Positions 1-10,447 are shown, counted from the stretch's first letter. The stretch is 64,000 nt of DNA from Gammaproteobacteria bacterium (GCA_965277405.1 OZ255726.1:1664001-1728000); one strand, 5' to 3'. Translations and numbers: made by a program. The notes: generated from the letters alone by a model not told the origin.

Positions 1-129
1 AGGCGCTGCGCTGGATTTCACACAAAATGATGCGAAATTCCTTGTTGGCACCTACAGCCACAAAAGTTGTGCTGCAATTTTACTGTGAAATGGTTGTGGT
101 ATCTGGATTGCTGCCCATAATCAATTGGC

Positions 130-210
130 GCGAGAGTGGCGGAATGGCAGACGCGCTGGATTTAGGATCCTGTGCCTTAGGGCGTGAGAGTTCGAGTCTC
201 TCCTCTCGTA
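130..210 (+). tRNA. tRNA-Leu (anticodon TAG)
   Basis: Acceptor stem GCGAGAG/CTCTCGT, D-arm TGGCGGAATGGCAGACGC, anticodon loop TT-TAG-GA, long variable arm, T-loop GTTCGAGTC. CCA is not encoded. A position upstream of tig is common in proteobacteria. Confidence 0.93.
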
Positions 211-242
211 TGATTGTTATTAGCAACCACCTAGAAATATCT

Positions 243-1661
243 ATGCAATTTGAAATCACTGATATTAGCAACCATCAGCAGCGTCTGATTGTGCAAATTC
301 CACATGATACAATCGAAAGCAAAGCAGTCGCTGAGTTACAGAGTTTGCAAAAAAAAGCCAATATTAACGGGTTTCGACGCGGCAAGGCGCCGCTAGCACT
401 CATCCGTAGACAGTATGGGGTTGATGCCACCGATACTGCGGTTGAACAAATTGCTAGAGACTTTTTAAACGAAGCGATAGCAACTAACAAAGCGCAGCCA
501 ATCAGCCCAGCAACTGTATCAATTGAGCCATTGGAAAGCGGTAAAGACGCAACAGTTGAGTTTGTATATGACGTATATCCTGAAGTAGAAATTGGCGATT
601 TAAGTACACTAGCAGTCGTTGAATACCAAAGCAGCATCACCGATGAAGACATTGAATCGATGATTGAAGAAATGCAAGAGCAGGCAGGGAGTTATCATGC
701 TGTTGAGCGTCCTGCTGCAAAAGGCGACCAAATCGTCTTTAGGTTTGTCAGGGATGACGCAGGCACAGCCATAACGGACAGCAAACCAGAAGATGAAAAG
801 CCTGAAGTTGCAAAGCAAGTAGAGTTTGTACTGGACGGCCAGCGCCTAGCAGCATACCCAGGATTTTCTCAGTGTCTTGGCGTAGTCAAAGGGAGTGATG
901 TTACGGTTGATGTCGAACCGCTGCGCCAAGATAAAAATGGCAAAGCAATTGCATCAAGCGGCGATAATACTATAAAAATACACATTACTTGCATCAAAGA
1001 ATTCCGCAAATCTGCACTGGATGAGGACTTTTACCAGCGTTTTGAAATCCCTGTAGACGCAGATAGCGACCCTTTAAAGCAGCTTATCGGTAAGTTGAGG
1101 GTGAGTTTAACATTGCAAAAAGAGCAACGTGTATTCGATTTATTGAGTAGAGAAATTGTCAAACAACTTGTTGATAATTTTGATTTTGGACTACCGCAAT
1201 CAATGATAGCCAAGCAAGCCGAAGGCATGCGCCAACAATACATATCGCAAATGGTACAGCAGCAAATTGCTGCTGGCATGAATCAGAAATTCAATTCTCA
1301 ATATATTGATAATCTTGATGCGCACATCAAAGTTGAGCAATTTCTGCCACAAGCAAAACAACAACTTAAACAGATTTTATTCCTTGAAAAAGTAATCAAG
1401 CAACAAAATATACAAATAGATGACACAGCTGTTGAGGCGCGGTTGCAAGAGGTTGCGGCAGAATATGGTGAACCAGAAACATTTATTTTTGAGTATAAAA
1501 AAGACAGTAAAAAAATAGAAGATTTGCGCCAGATATTAAAAATTCGCCAAGCAATTCATTGGTTGAAAGCAGCGATGAACGTACAAGCGCAACCTATTGG
1601 CTGGCAAGAGCTGCGTGCGCTTAAATCCCAAGTTTTCTCTGATGATGTCCATGATGGTTGA
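243..1661 (+). CDS. tig: Trigger factor
   Basis: Ribosome-binding signature GFRRGKAP; synteny tRNA-Leu-tig-clpP-clpX-lon. Start moved to ATG 243 because the ORF-track start overlaps the tRNA. Confidence 0.92.
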   Translation: MQFEITDISNHQQRLIVQIPHDTIESKAVAELQSLQKKANINGFRRGKAPLALIRRQYGVDATDTAVEQIARDFLNEAIATNKAQPISPATVSIEPLESGKDATVEFVYDVYPEVEIGDLSTLAVVEYQSSITDEDIESMIEEMQEQAGSYHAVERPAAKGDQIVFRFVRDDAGTAITDSKPEDEKPEVAKQVEFVLDGQRLAAYPGFSQCLGVVKGSDVTVDVEPLRQDKNGKAIASSGDNTIKIHITCIKEFRKSALDEDFYQRFEIPVDADSDPLKQLIGKLRVSLTLQKEQRVFDLLSREIVKQLVDNFDFGLPQSMIAKQAEGMRQQYISQMVQQQIAAGMNQKFNSQYIDNLDAHIKVEQFLPQAKQQLKQILFLEKVIKQQNIQIDDTAVEARLQEVAAEYGEPETFIFEYKKDSKKIEDLRQILKIRQAIHWLKAAMNVQAQPIGWQELRALKSQVFSDDVHDG

Positions 1662-1698
1662 GACGGAGTAAATCAGCAGCGAGTTAACCAGAGGTTCC
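1632..1698 (+). mobile_element. Degenerate, internally deleted MITE copy overlapping the tig 3' end
   Basis: ctctgatgatgtccatgatggttgagacggag resembles the MITE left end (ctctgattaactccatgatgggcgagacggag) and is followed by the right end cagcgagttaaccagaggttcc. Confidence 0.65.
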
Positions 1699-1703
1699 CT
1701 TAA

Positions 1704-1957
1704 GGAACCTCTGGTTAACTCCATGATGGGCGAGACGGAGAAAAAACGCTGATGATAACTAGACGCAGTGCGCAGATAACACTGGTGGTCTTGTGGGTGT
1801 TGCCAAGTGCTGCAACGACGTTAGCGCAGCGTTTTTCCCCGGCCTTCTATTGAATATATGATGGTTTGCCTACAATTGTTGCGCCTGCGGAATGCGCCTT
1901 GCAATCATCAGCAATTGCAGGCAAACTCGCTCCATCAGCGTCTTAATCAGAGCTTCC
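1704..1957 (+). mobile_element. IS5-like MITE copy (internal deletion)
   Basis: TIRs GGAACCTCTGGTTAA / TTAATCAGAGCTTCC; flanks TTAA and CTAA; body matches the other copies. Confidence 0.9.
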
Positions 1958-1978
1958 CTAAGCACGGCGGCCGATAAC

Positions 1979-2611
1979 ATGGATACAATGAATACATCAC
2001 ACAACGATATAATAGCTCAACTTGTCCCAATGGTAGTAGAACAAACCAACCGCGGCGAGCGTGCCTACGACATATATTCGCGCTTGCTGAAAGAGCGTGT
2101 TATTTTTCTTGTTGGCGGCGTTGAAGAGCATATGGCAAACTTAATTGTTGCCCAATTGCTTTTTCTTGAGTCGGAAAATCCAGATAAAGCAATTTCACTG
2201 TATATCAACTCTCCTGGTGGCGTTGTGACTGCGGGAATGGCAATATATGACACAATGCAATATATAAAATCTGAGGTTGCTACAGTATGTATTGGTCAAG
2301 CAGCAAGCATGGGTGCTGTGCTGTTAGCAGCGGGTGCAGCTGGTAAGCGGTATTGCTTACCGCATAGTCGAGTAATGATTCATCAACCATTGGGCGGTTT
2401 CCAAGGTCAGGCAACAGATGTAGAAATTCATGCCCGCGAAATTCTCAAAGTCAAAGCAATGATCAATCAACTGCTTGCCAAGCATTGTAATAAAAAACCT
2501 AGCCAACTGGCTAAAGATACTGAGCGCGATAATTTTTTGAGTGCAGCAGAAGCGCAGCAGTATGGTTTGATCGACGAAGTACTATCGCAACGACCCTTAG
2601 GGAAGCTCTGA
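1979..2611 (+). CDS. clpP: ATP-dependent Clp protease proteolytic subunit
   Basis: [29 protein letters not shown] (catalytic Ser), MIHQP. The ORF-track N-terminal extension lies inside a MITE; the stop codon lies in the next MITE's TIR. Confidence 0.97.
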   Translation: MDTMNTSHNDIIAQLVPMVVEQTNRGERAYDIYSRLLKERVIFLVGGVEEHMANLIVAQLLFLESENPDKAISLYINSPGGVVTAGMAIYDTMQYIKSEVATVCIGQAASMGAVLLAAGAAGKRYCLPHSRVMIHQPLGGFQGQATDVEIHAREILKVKAMINQLLAKHCNKKPSQLAKDTERDNFLSAAEAQQYGLIDEVLSQRPLGKL

Positions 2612-2898
2612 TTAACTCCATGATGGGCGAGACGGAGAAAAAACGCTGATGAAACTTAAACGCAGTGCGCAGCTAATACTGGTGGTATTATCAAGTGCTG
2701 CAACGCCGTTAGCGCAGCGTTTTTTCCCGGCCTTCTATTGAATATATGATGGTTTGCCTACAATTGCCTACAATTGCTTACGCTTGCTGTGTTGCATCCC
2801 TTGGCGTATATGCTACGGCATGCGCCTGCGGAATGCGCCTTGCAATCATCAGCAATTGCAGGCAAACTCGCTCCATCAGCGACTTAATCAGAGGTTCC
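2601..2898 (+). mobile_element. IS5-like MITE, full copy
   Basis: TIRs GGAAGCTCTGATTAA / TTAATCAGAGGTTCC with a perfect TTAG duplication (2597-2600 and 2899-2902). Confidence 0.93.
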
Positions 2899-3038
2899 TT
2901 AGGTGTAAATGCTACGGAGGTTGTTTAGACATCAGCTAACTAAGAAGCTGGTACTTTATTAGCTTACTAAACAAAGGAGTACAGCATGAACAACCCACAT
3001 TATTGTGCCAAAACAACGTTTCATAGTCGAGAAGTTAT

Positions 3039-3076
3039 GATTCACAGGGTGCTTGTCGACAAGCACCCTGTGAATC
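3039..3076. repeat. Perfect 38-bp palindrome
   Basis: gattcacagggtgcttgtc|gacaagcaccctgtgaatc; the arms are exact reverse complements with no loop. Confidence 0.9.
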
Positions 3077-3081
3077 GTGTA

Positions 3082-3201
3082 GCCAACGATTGCTTACGCT
3101 TGCTGTGTTGCATCCCTTGGCGTATATGCTATGGCATGCGCCTTGCAATCATCTGCAATTGCAGGCAAACTCTCTGCAGCAGCGGCTTAAGCAGAGCTTC
3201 C
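3082..3201 (+). mobile_element. MITE 3' half (truncated, diverged)
   Basis: ttgcttacgcttgctgtgttgcatcccttggcgtatatg...ttaagcagagcttcc matches the right half of the element. Confidence 0.85.
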
Positions 3202-3244
3202 TTGGGAACAGCTACAACCATTTAATGAACGACACGACAATTAT

Positions 3245-4558
3245 ATGAGTAATACTGGAAATTCAGGCAACAAAGTGGTGCATTGTTCGTTCTGTGGCAA
3301 AGCTGAAAACACAGTGCGCATTGTTGCAGGACCTGGAGTGACTATTTGTGAAGAATGCGTCAGCGTGAGCATGAGTATTTTAAGCGGAGAGCAGCAAGAC
3401 CGAGGAGAACAGCAAGTTATAGAAAAAATGAAGTTGTTAACGCCGAAGCAGATGTATGCCAAACTTTCTGAACACGTCATCGGTCAAGAAGGTGCAAAGA
3501 AAAGTCTAGCCGTTGCCGTATACAATCATTATAAACGGATTATAAACAAGCTAACATCGAAACTTGATGTTGAAGTAGGGAAAAGCAACGTGTTGATGAT
3601 AGGCCCGACAGGATCAGGAAAAACGCTGCTAGCACAAACATTGGCCAAGACGCTTGATGTGCCATTTACTATTGCCGATGCCACCAGCTTAACGGAAGCC
3701 GGCTATGTTGGTGAGGATGTTGAGCAAATTCTACAGCGCTTATTGCAACAATGCGATAATGACGTAGAGCGTGCGCAGCGCGGCATTGTCTATATTGATG
3801 AAATCGATAAAATTGCTCGCAAAAGTGAAAATATGTCGATTACTCGAGATGTTTCAGGTGAAGGTGTCCAGCAAGCATTGTTAAAGTTAATCGAAGGCTG
3901 TATTGCCATGGTACCACCACATGGTGGCAGGAAGCATCCAAGCCAAGACTTTATCCGGGTTGATACGACTGGTATTTTATTTATTTGTGGTGGGGCATTT
4001 GATGGGCTCGCAGCGATTATCGAGCAGCGCACTGGGCAACAAGGAATTGGCTTTCAAGCAGAACTTGCCAACGATAACACCCGTAGCGTTGACGAGATTT
4101 TAGCAGAGGTTCAGTTTGAAGATTTAATTCGATATGGGCTCATTCCAGAATTTGTCGGACGGTTACCGATGTTGGTGCCACTGCAAACTCTTGATCATGC
4201 TGCGTTGCGTCGAGTATTAGTCGAACCAAAAAACGCTTTGATAAAACAGTATCAAAGCCTGTTTAACTTTGATGGTGTCGAGTTGGAAATCCAAGATGAT
4301 GCGTTAGATGAGATTGTTGGCGACGCCCTGCGTCGCAAAACAGGTGCGCGTGGGCTGCGCTCAATTCTTGAGCAAACATTGCTAGACCCGATGTTTGAAG
4401 TGCCAACAGATACTTCGATTACTGCTGTGAGAATATCTAAAGAGCAAGTACAGCAGAAAGCTCCAGCGTTGTATCTGCATGGCAATAAAAAAACTGCAGT
4501 CAACAACAAAACACCAATCAGCAAAACACCAGTTAGCAAACATAGTTCACAATTATGA
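3245..4558 (+). CDS. clpX: ATP-dependent Clp protease ATP-binding subunit
   Basis: CSFCGK...ICEEC zinc domain, Walker [32 protein letters not shown] loop. Confidence 0.97.
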   Translation: MSNTGNSGNKVVHCSFCGKAENTVRIVAGPGVTICEECVSVSMSILSGEQQDRGEQQVIEKMKLLTPKQMYAKLSEHVIGQEGAKKSLAVAVYNHYKRIINKLTSKLDVEVGKSNVLMIGPTGSGKTLLAQTLAKTLDVPFTIADATSLTEAGYVGEDVEQILQRLLQQCDNDVERAQRGIVYIDEIDKIARKSENMSITRDVSGEGVQQALLKLIEGCIAMVPPHGGRKHPSQDFIRVDTTGILFICGGAFDGLAAIIEQRTGQQGIGFQAELANDNTRSVDEILAEVQFEDLIRYGLIPEFVGRLPMLVPLQTLDHAALRRVLVEPKNALIKQYQSLFNFDGVELEIQDDALDEIVGDALRRKTGARGLRSILEQTLLDPMFEVPTDTSITAVRISKEQVQQKAPALYLHGNKKTAVNNKTPISKTPVSKHSSQL

Positions 4559-6975
4559 TAGAAGTCCAGACAGATTATCTCGTTGAAAAAAATGATACGC
4601 TCGCAGTGTTGCCGTTACGTGGCACGGTTGTTTTTCCAAAAACGGATGAAGACATTCATGTAGGTAGAGACCTGTCTATTGCTGCTGTGCACCATGGGAT
4701 AAGGAATAATGGCTTTGTTGTTATCGTTTCTCAAATTGACCATGAAATTCAGTCACCAACGCATGCTGATTTATTTACTATTGGCACGTTAGCGCAAATT
4801 ACCAAAATTCAATCATTGCCTGATGACACCATGCAGGTGCATCTGACTGGTATTCGTCGAGTACATCTGACCATGGTATGCGAAGGAAGCCCAATAATGG
4901 CAAAAGTCGAAAATCTTACTGTTGAACAAATCAACTTAGCAAAATTCGGCAAACTGATGGACGTGTTTGAAGAGCAATGCAAAGAGTCTGCGCAAATTGC
5001 TCGACAAGATATCAGTGATCTGTTTGTCTCACTTGAAGAGTACAAGAACCAGCCCAGTGCATACGTTGATACGGCGGTTAAGTTTTTAAATATCCCCGTG
5101 AAGCAAAAACAACAGCTCCTGGAACAGCTGAACCCGCATAAGCGCTTAGAATCGCTCATTAGTATGCTATCTACCCATCTTGACTTGGTCAAATTAGAAA
5201 GGAAAATCCAAAAACGAGCTCGCGGACAAATAGATAAAAACCAAAAGGAATATTACCTCTCGGAGCAAATGAAGGCGATTCAAAAAGAAATGGAGTCGCT
5301 TGATACTAGCGATATAGAGAATTTTGAAGAGAAAGCCAAGAAGCTAGGGATTCACGCCAAAGGCAAAGAAAAACTGCTGCGTGAAATAAAACGCCTGAAA
5401 CAAATGTCGTCGATGTCACCAGAGGCTGGTGTTATTCGCAGTTATATAGAATGGTTATTAGACGTACCGTGGAAAAAACGCAGTAAGCTACACAGCGATA
5501 TTCAACGTGCCGCGACGGTACTGAATGACGACCATTATGGTTTAGACGATATCAAACAACGTATTTTGGAGCATCTTTCAGCGTATAAACGCAGCGATAA
5601 AGTGCGTACTCCTGTCCTGTGTCTGGTAGGGCCTCCAGGTGTTGGGAAAACTTCATTGGGTGCTTCGATTGCCAAAGCCACGAATAGAACACTTATTCGC
5701 ATGTCATTGGGTGGGATGCGAGATGAAGCCGAGATACGCGGTCATCGACGCACATATATAGGTGCTATGCCTGGAAAAATCGTCCAAAACTTAGTCAAAG
5801 CAAAGGTGAAAAACCCATTGTTTTTGCTCGATGAAATAGACAAGCTGGGTGCAGATTTTCGCGGCGATCCGGCGTCAGCGCTGCTTGAAGTCTTGGATCC
5901 AGAGCAAAATCACGCATTTATTGACCACTATCTTGAAGTTGAATGCGATCTCTCTGAAATTATGTTTATTTGCACCAGCAATTCTTTGCGTATTCCAGAT
6001 GCATTGCGTGACCGCTTAGAAATTATTGAGCTGTCGGGTTATACCGAATATGAAAAACACAATATTGCCACTAAACATTTGCTGCCCAAAATACTCAAAC
6101 AATATAAATTAACCAACACCATCAGCGTTACTGATGCGGCGATTCAAACGGTCATCAGCCGCTATGTGCGCGAGGCTGGAGTACGAAAACTTGAGCGCCA
6201 GCTTGAGAAAATTGCGCGTAAACATATCTTTTGGCTGGAGACGCAGCAAATTAAAGAATGTAAAAAAGTAATCACTCCCGCATTATTAAAAAAATATTTA
6301 GGCGTTGAACGCTATCAACACCTTGATGCAGAAAAAACTGATCAAGTCGGTCAGGCAACGGGACTAGCTTGGACACAAGCCGGTGGCGAGCTGCTCAATA
6401 TAGAAACCAGTATTGTTCCAGGCAAAGGTCAACTCCAGCTGACAGGATCAATGGGTGACGTCATGCGCGAATCTGCAAAAGCTGCGATTACTGTGCTGCG
6501 GGGTAAATCTAATTTACTGGGTTTAGCAGACGACTTTTTTTCAAAAAACGACATCCACATTCACATCCCAGAAGGAGCAACGCCCAAAGACGGACCAAGT
6601 GCTGGAGTGGCAATGTGTATGGTGTTGTTGTCTGTGTTCACCCAGCAACCTGTACGACATGATGTAGCGATGACAGGCGAAGTCACCATCCGCGGCAAGG
6701 TATTGGCTATTGGCGGGTTGAAAGAAAAATTACTAGCTGCACACCGTGGCGGTATTCGCAAGGTCATTATTCCAAAAGAGAATACCCGCGATTTAGACGA
6801 AATACCTAACAATATTTTGCAAGGTCTAAAAATACTGCCAGTAGCTGGTATCGATGAAGCATTCTCGCTTGGAATTAACGGGTTTATCGATAGCTGGAGA
6901 GGCACAGGTATGCAGTATGCCCAGCTGTATTCGCATGAAAAGTTCGATGGATCACAGGTAACAAGCATGAACTAA
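4555..6975 (+). CDS. lon: Lon protease
   Basis: [30 protein letters not shown] catalytic Ser, GGLKEK. Confidence 0.97.
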   Translation: MIEVQTDYLVEKNDTLAVLPLRGTVVFPKTDEDIHVGRDLSIAAVHHGIRNNGFVVIVSQIDHEIQSPTHADLFTIGTLAQITKIQSLPDDTMQVHLTGIRRVHLTMVCEGSPIMAKVENLTVEQINLAKFGKLMDVFEEQCKESAQIARQDISDLFVSLEEYKNQPSAYVDTAVKFLNIPVKQKQQLLEQLNPHKRLESLISMLSTHLDLVKLERKIQKRARGQIDKNQKEYYLSEQMKAIQKEMESLDTSDIENFEEKAKKLGIHAKGKEKLLREIKRLKQMSSMSPEAGVIRSYIEWLLDVPWKKRSKLHSDIQRAATVLNDDHYGLDDIKQRILEHLSAYKRSDKVRTPVLCLVGPPGVGKTSLGASIAKATNRTLIRMSLGGMRDEAEIRGHRRTYIGAMPGKIVQNLVKAKVKNPLFLLDEIDKLGADFRGDPASALLEVLDPEQNHAFIDHYLEVECDLSEIMFICTSNSLRIPDALRDRLEIIELSGYTEYEKHNIATKHLLPKILKQYKLTNTISVTDAAIQTVISRYVREAGVRKLERQLEKIARKHIFWLETQQIKECKKVITPALLKKYLGVERYQHLDAEKTDQVGQATGLAWTQAGGELLNIETSIVPGKGQLQLTGSMGDVMRESAKAAITVLRGKSNLLGLADDFFSKNDIHIHIPEGATPKDGPSAGVAMCMVLLSVFTQQPVRHDVAMTGEVTIRGKVLAIGGLKEKLLAAHRGGIRKVIIPKENTRDLDEIPNNILQGLKILPVAGIDEAFSLGINGFIDSWRGTGMQYAQLYSHEKFDGSQVTSMN

Positions 6976-7130
6976 GGAAGCTCTGATTAACTCGCAGCTC
7001 GTCTTTACCATATTTGCTATATGAAAATAGGGCAAAGACTTGCCGCAGTGTTGGCTTGGAATGACCAGACAAGATGATCCATTTAGCGTATCAACAGCTA
7101 TGGATTGCCATTGCGCAAAGTCGCTTTTGT
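6976..7130 (-). mobile_element. MITE-type right TIR joined to a probable decayed IS5-family transposase 3' tail
   Basis: CTAA+GGAAGCTCTGATTAACTCGC directly after the lon stop. The minus strand, allowing small indels, reads KATLR..YAK..GHSK-NTA-QVFALFS-IANMVK, resembling the IS5 transposase C-terminus. Confidence 0.55.
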
Positions 7131-7159
7131 CACGCATCATAGGCTATGCCTAAGATTTA

Positions 7160-7210
7160 ACCAGCAATCTCTATATTTACCTATATCTCAAATATAGAGA
7201 TTGTGCTGGT
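7160..7210. other. Intergenic inverted repeat (hairpin)
   Basis: accagcaatctctatattt...aaatatagagattgtgctggt; 14-bp perfect core plus a bulged extension. Confidence 0.6.
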
Positions 7211-7403
7211 GATAATTCCATTTTATTTTAAGATATGCTAGTCGATTTTAATTTAAAAAATGCTTATCGAACACCTTGAGTTAGTCGAACTCCTTGAAAA
7301 TAAACGAAAAACATTGTTACAATGCGGTTTTGTGTTGTATAAAACACATGATGTTTGAGTAGAAGTTTCCATTATTGTGAAAAAGCTTGTTAAGGATCCC
7401 AAA

Positions 7404-7673
7404 ATGAATAAAACAAAATTAATTGAATCAGTAGCTGAGCAGTCAGGTCTTTCAAAGGCACAAGCAGCGACGGCTGTTAACGCAACACTGTGTTCAATAA
7501 TTGATGCGTTAAAGGCAGGTCAGGATGTTATGATAGTAGGGTTCGGGGGGTTTAGAGTAAAATCTCGCGCAGCACGACAAGGTCGAAATCCAAAAACTGG
7601 TGAACCGATTCAAATTCCAGCAAGTAAGACTGTGGGTTTTAGAATCAGTCCTGCCGCGAAAAGCGATTTATGA
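7404..7673 (+). CDS. hupB: DNA-binding protein HU
   Basis: MNKTKLIESVAEQSGLSK, GFGGF, GRNPKTGEPIQIPASK; TAAGGA SD; lies between lon and ppiD. Confidence 0.93.
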   Translation: MNKTKLIESVAEQSGLSKAQAATAVNATLCSIIDALKAGQDVMIVGFGGFRVKSRAARQGRNPKTGEPIQIPASKTVGFRISPAAKSDL

Positions 7674-7788
7674 ATAAAAAATACGCTCCTTCATCTGCTT
7701 AGAATACTGTGAATTCCACATAACTCCTCTTAATTAGCTTCCTTTACCCCAATAAGCATGGGCACATACAGCGCATGCTTTTATAATT

Positions 7789-9681
7789 ATGCTTGAATCT
7801 ATCCGTAAACATTCTCGTGGTTGGATCGCCAAAACCATCATTGGGCTGATCGTTGTCAGTTTTGCTGCATTTGGCGTAGAACAGTTTTTCCAAAACGATG
7901 GGGCACAAGCAACAGTGCTTGCGATTAACGACCGTAATATTGACGCGTATACGTTTTCACAACTTTTGCAATCAAACCGTCGACTACTTGCCCAGCAATA
8001 TAAAGTTGCAGCAACCGCCATCCCGCAACAACAGTTGGAGCAGTACACCGTCAATCAAGCAATTAGCCAGACGCTATATCAACAAAAAATTGCAGCCCTT
8101 GAATTAACAGCTAGTCAAGCTGAGTTTGAAGCGGCTATTGTTGCAGATGAGCGGTTTCATATCAATGGGGGTTTTGATGAAGATGCGTTCACGAATGCAG
8201 CACGTGGACAGAGTTGGCCAGACTTTAAAAGCAACTACACTAGCATACTGGCATCACAACAGCTGGACACGGCAGTGCTAACCGAACCGCCAATAGTTGA
8301 TAAACAAATATACGTCATGCTGCGCTTATTGTATCAAAAACGCAGCTTTGACATGATTAAATTGCCGTTGCATGTATTTCTTGATGGCGTAGCAGCAGAT
8401 GAAACACGTTCACGAGCATATTATGAGACCAATACAGCACAGTATTTTAGTGACGAAAAAGTCCAGATAGAATATATACAGCTTAGCCGTGAAGATCTAT
8501 CTGCTGACGCATGGCCGACTGATGAAGAGTTGCAGTCTGCCCTTGCCGACCGCCAGCAGCAACAACCAGCTGCGTATAATGTATCACATATTTTGCTAAC
8601 AGCAGACGGTAGCGACGCCTTGGTTAATGCAGAAAAGGTGTATACCCAACTCACAGCAGATCCTAGCCAATTTGCAGACATCGCCAGCAAACAATCAATC
8701 GATACAGTCTCAGCTAATACTGGTGGCGATTTAGGAGATTTAAGGATTGCCGACATGGACCCTGCGTTTGTTGATCAAATACAATTCATGGAAGTTGCTG
8801 AGATATCTCCGCCAATTTTAACCGATTTTGGCTATCACCTGATTCGGCTCAATAGCATCAAGCAAGCAAAGGATATTGACAGCGATAATCTGACAGAAAC
8901 TATTCGACAAGCATTACACCAACAAAAAATGGACGATACCATCAACACCCTTGCTGAAGAGCTCGCTGATGCGACATTTGCCGCAACAACACTAGAAGAA
9001 CCAGCAAAACAATTCGGCTATACCGTGCAAAAATCTGGTTTTTTTAGCCAGGTAGCTGGTAATGAAACTGTCACGAAAAACAGCAATGTCCGTGCACTGG
9101 CATTTAGTGATAAAATAAAAAATGCTGGACAGACAAGTGATATTGTCACGTTGGCAAATGGTCATAAACTAGTTTTTCGAGTTATAGACATCCAAGACAG
9201 CGCACAGCAACCGTATGCCGCAGTGCGCCATGCAGTTGCAAAAGATTGGCGGCAGTCTGTAGCAACAACACAGCGCAATGCACTGATTAGCAGTATCAAT
9301 GACACAACGGATATCAGTACAGATGCAACTGTCAGCTTGTCTGAATATCCCTCGCTGGCGTGGCAAACGATTACAGAGAGCGATTCTCAAGTGAATCCAG
9401 ATGTGTCGGCAGACGTATTGCAATTTGTGTTTGGCTTGGCGGCAAACACCAAAAACAGTATGCAACAATACTCCTCTAACAATACTACAGTGCTGATCAA
9501 ACTTACCAATATTCACTATCCAGATAAAAACTCACTTATTGATGCGCAGCGGCTTGAAATGACACAATATCTTGAACGGACTGTCAGCGAGAACACCATA
9601 TATGGGTTTAATACTTCGTTGCGCAACAACGCCACAATAGTGGATCGCACCGACCGCACAGCAGAGGCTCTTGCGCGCTAG
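7789..9681 (+). CDS. ppiD: Periplasmic chaperone/PPIase PpiD (SurA N-domain + parvulin)
   Basis: MLESIR..N-terminal TM, SHILL, SANTGGDLG, TDFGYHLI; synteny with hupB. Confidence 0.88.
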   Translation: MLESIRKHSRGWIAKTIIGLIVVSFAAFGVEQFFQNDGAQATVLAINDRNIDAYTFSQLLQSNRRLLAQQYKVAATAIPQQQLEQYTVNQAISQTLYQQKIAALELTASQAEFEAAIVADERFHINGGFDEDAFTNAARGQSWPDFKSNYTSILASQQLDTAVLTEPPIVDKQIYVMLRLLYQKRSFDMIKLPLHVFLDGVAADETRSRAYYETNTAQYFSDEKVQIEYIQLSREDLSADAWPTDEELQSALADRQQQQPAAYNVSHILLTADGSDALVNAEKVYTQLTADPSQFADIASKQSIDTVSANTGGDLGDLRIADMDPAFVDQIQFMEVAEISPPILTDFGYHLIRLNSIKQAKDIDSDNLTETIRQALHQQKMDDTINTLAEELADATFAATTLEEPAKQFGYTVQKSGFFSQVAGNETVTKNSNVRALAFSDKIKNAGQTSDIVTLANGHKLVFRVIDIQDSAQQPYAAVRHAVAKDWRQSVATTQRNALISSINDTTDISTDATVSLSEYPSLAWQTITESDSQVNPDVSADVLQFVFGLAANTKNSMQQYSSNNTTVLIKLTNIHYPDKNSLIDAQRLEMTQYLERTVSENTIYGFNTSLRNNATIVDRTDRTAEALAR

Positions 9682-9796
9682 TATTATCGATAATCGTTCT
9701 TTTCAGCGCTATTGTGGCTGAATCACACAGCAAACGCGCTCGCAATTACCTAATCAATACTATCTGAGTGATATAGGTTTTTTGCCTATTAAGAAT

Positions 9797-10447
9797 ATGC
9801 AATTGCCACGTTGGTGCTTTGTGTGCCAAGCAGAACTTATTCACAGTCTTCCAATTCCAATCTGTCCAGATTGTCGCCGCGAACTTCCTTGGCTGCACGG
9901 TGACAATGCCTTGCAAGTCCTGATGATTGGCAGACCACAACATGGGGTAGTGCGTGCGCAACTTCGCAGTGTGTTTGCGTACGAAACACCTATACCACGT
10001 TTACTTACCAGTTGGAAAAAACACAATAATCAATTAGTTGGTAATTGGCTGATTCGCTTAGCGGTTGAGGCAACAGTTTTTGCTGCAACGCATATAGTGG
10101 TGCCAGTACCCCAACATTGGCGCACAATGTTATGGCGTGGCCACCAACCAACACGAACGCTAGCGTTACGACTTGCGCAACATAACTATTGCAGCGTTCA
10201 TGAATTACTCCAAAAAAAACGCAGCAATCCGCCGCAAAAAGGGCTGACAAACCCCCAACGTCGCATCAATGTTCGTGGGGTGTTTAAGGTGCAACAACCA
10301 CAACAGCTGCAACAATATGTGGCGCGACCACTGTTGCTGGTTGATGATGTGATGACGACTGGTACCACCATCCGCGCCTGTTTGTTACAATGCTATCGTG
10401 CAGGATTTTGCCAATTGTCAGCATTCACGATAGCGCGGGTAGATTAG
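9797..10447 (+). CDS. comF: ComF family phosphoribosyltransferase-like competence protein
   Basis: N-terminal CxxC...CxxC, VPVP, LLVDDVMTTGTT PRPP-binding loop. Confidence 0.85.
   Translation: MQLPRWCFVCQAELIHSLPIPICPDCRRELPWLHGDNALQVLMIGRPQHGVVRAQLRSVFAYETPIPRLLTSWKKHNNQLVGNWLIRLAVEATVFAATHIVVPVPQHWRTMLWRGHQPTRTLALRLAQHNYCSVHELLQKKRSNPPQKGLTNPQRRINVRGVFKVQQPQQLQQYVARPLLLVDDVMTTGTTIRACLLQCYRAGFCQLSAFTIARVD

Noticed and set aside
27-242. N-terminal extension of tig in the ORF track
   Set aside because: It overlaps tRNA-Leu; homology starts at ATG 243.
2746-2939. Recurring small ORFs (…[24 protein letters not shown]…; also at 24320, 29480-29772, 30530-31006, 34221-34485, 63649)
   Set aside because: These are translations of MITE DNA in varying frames, broken by indels between copies; there is no conserved reading frame.
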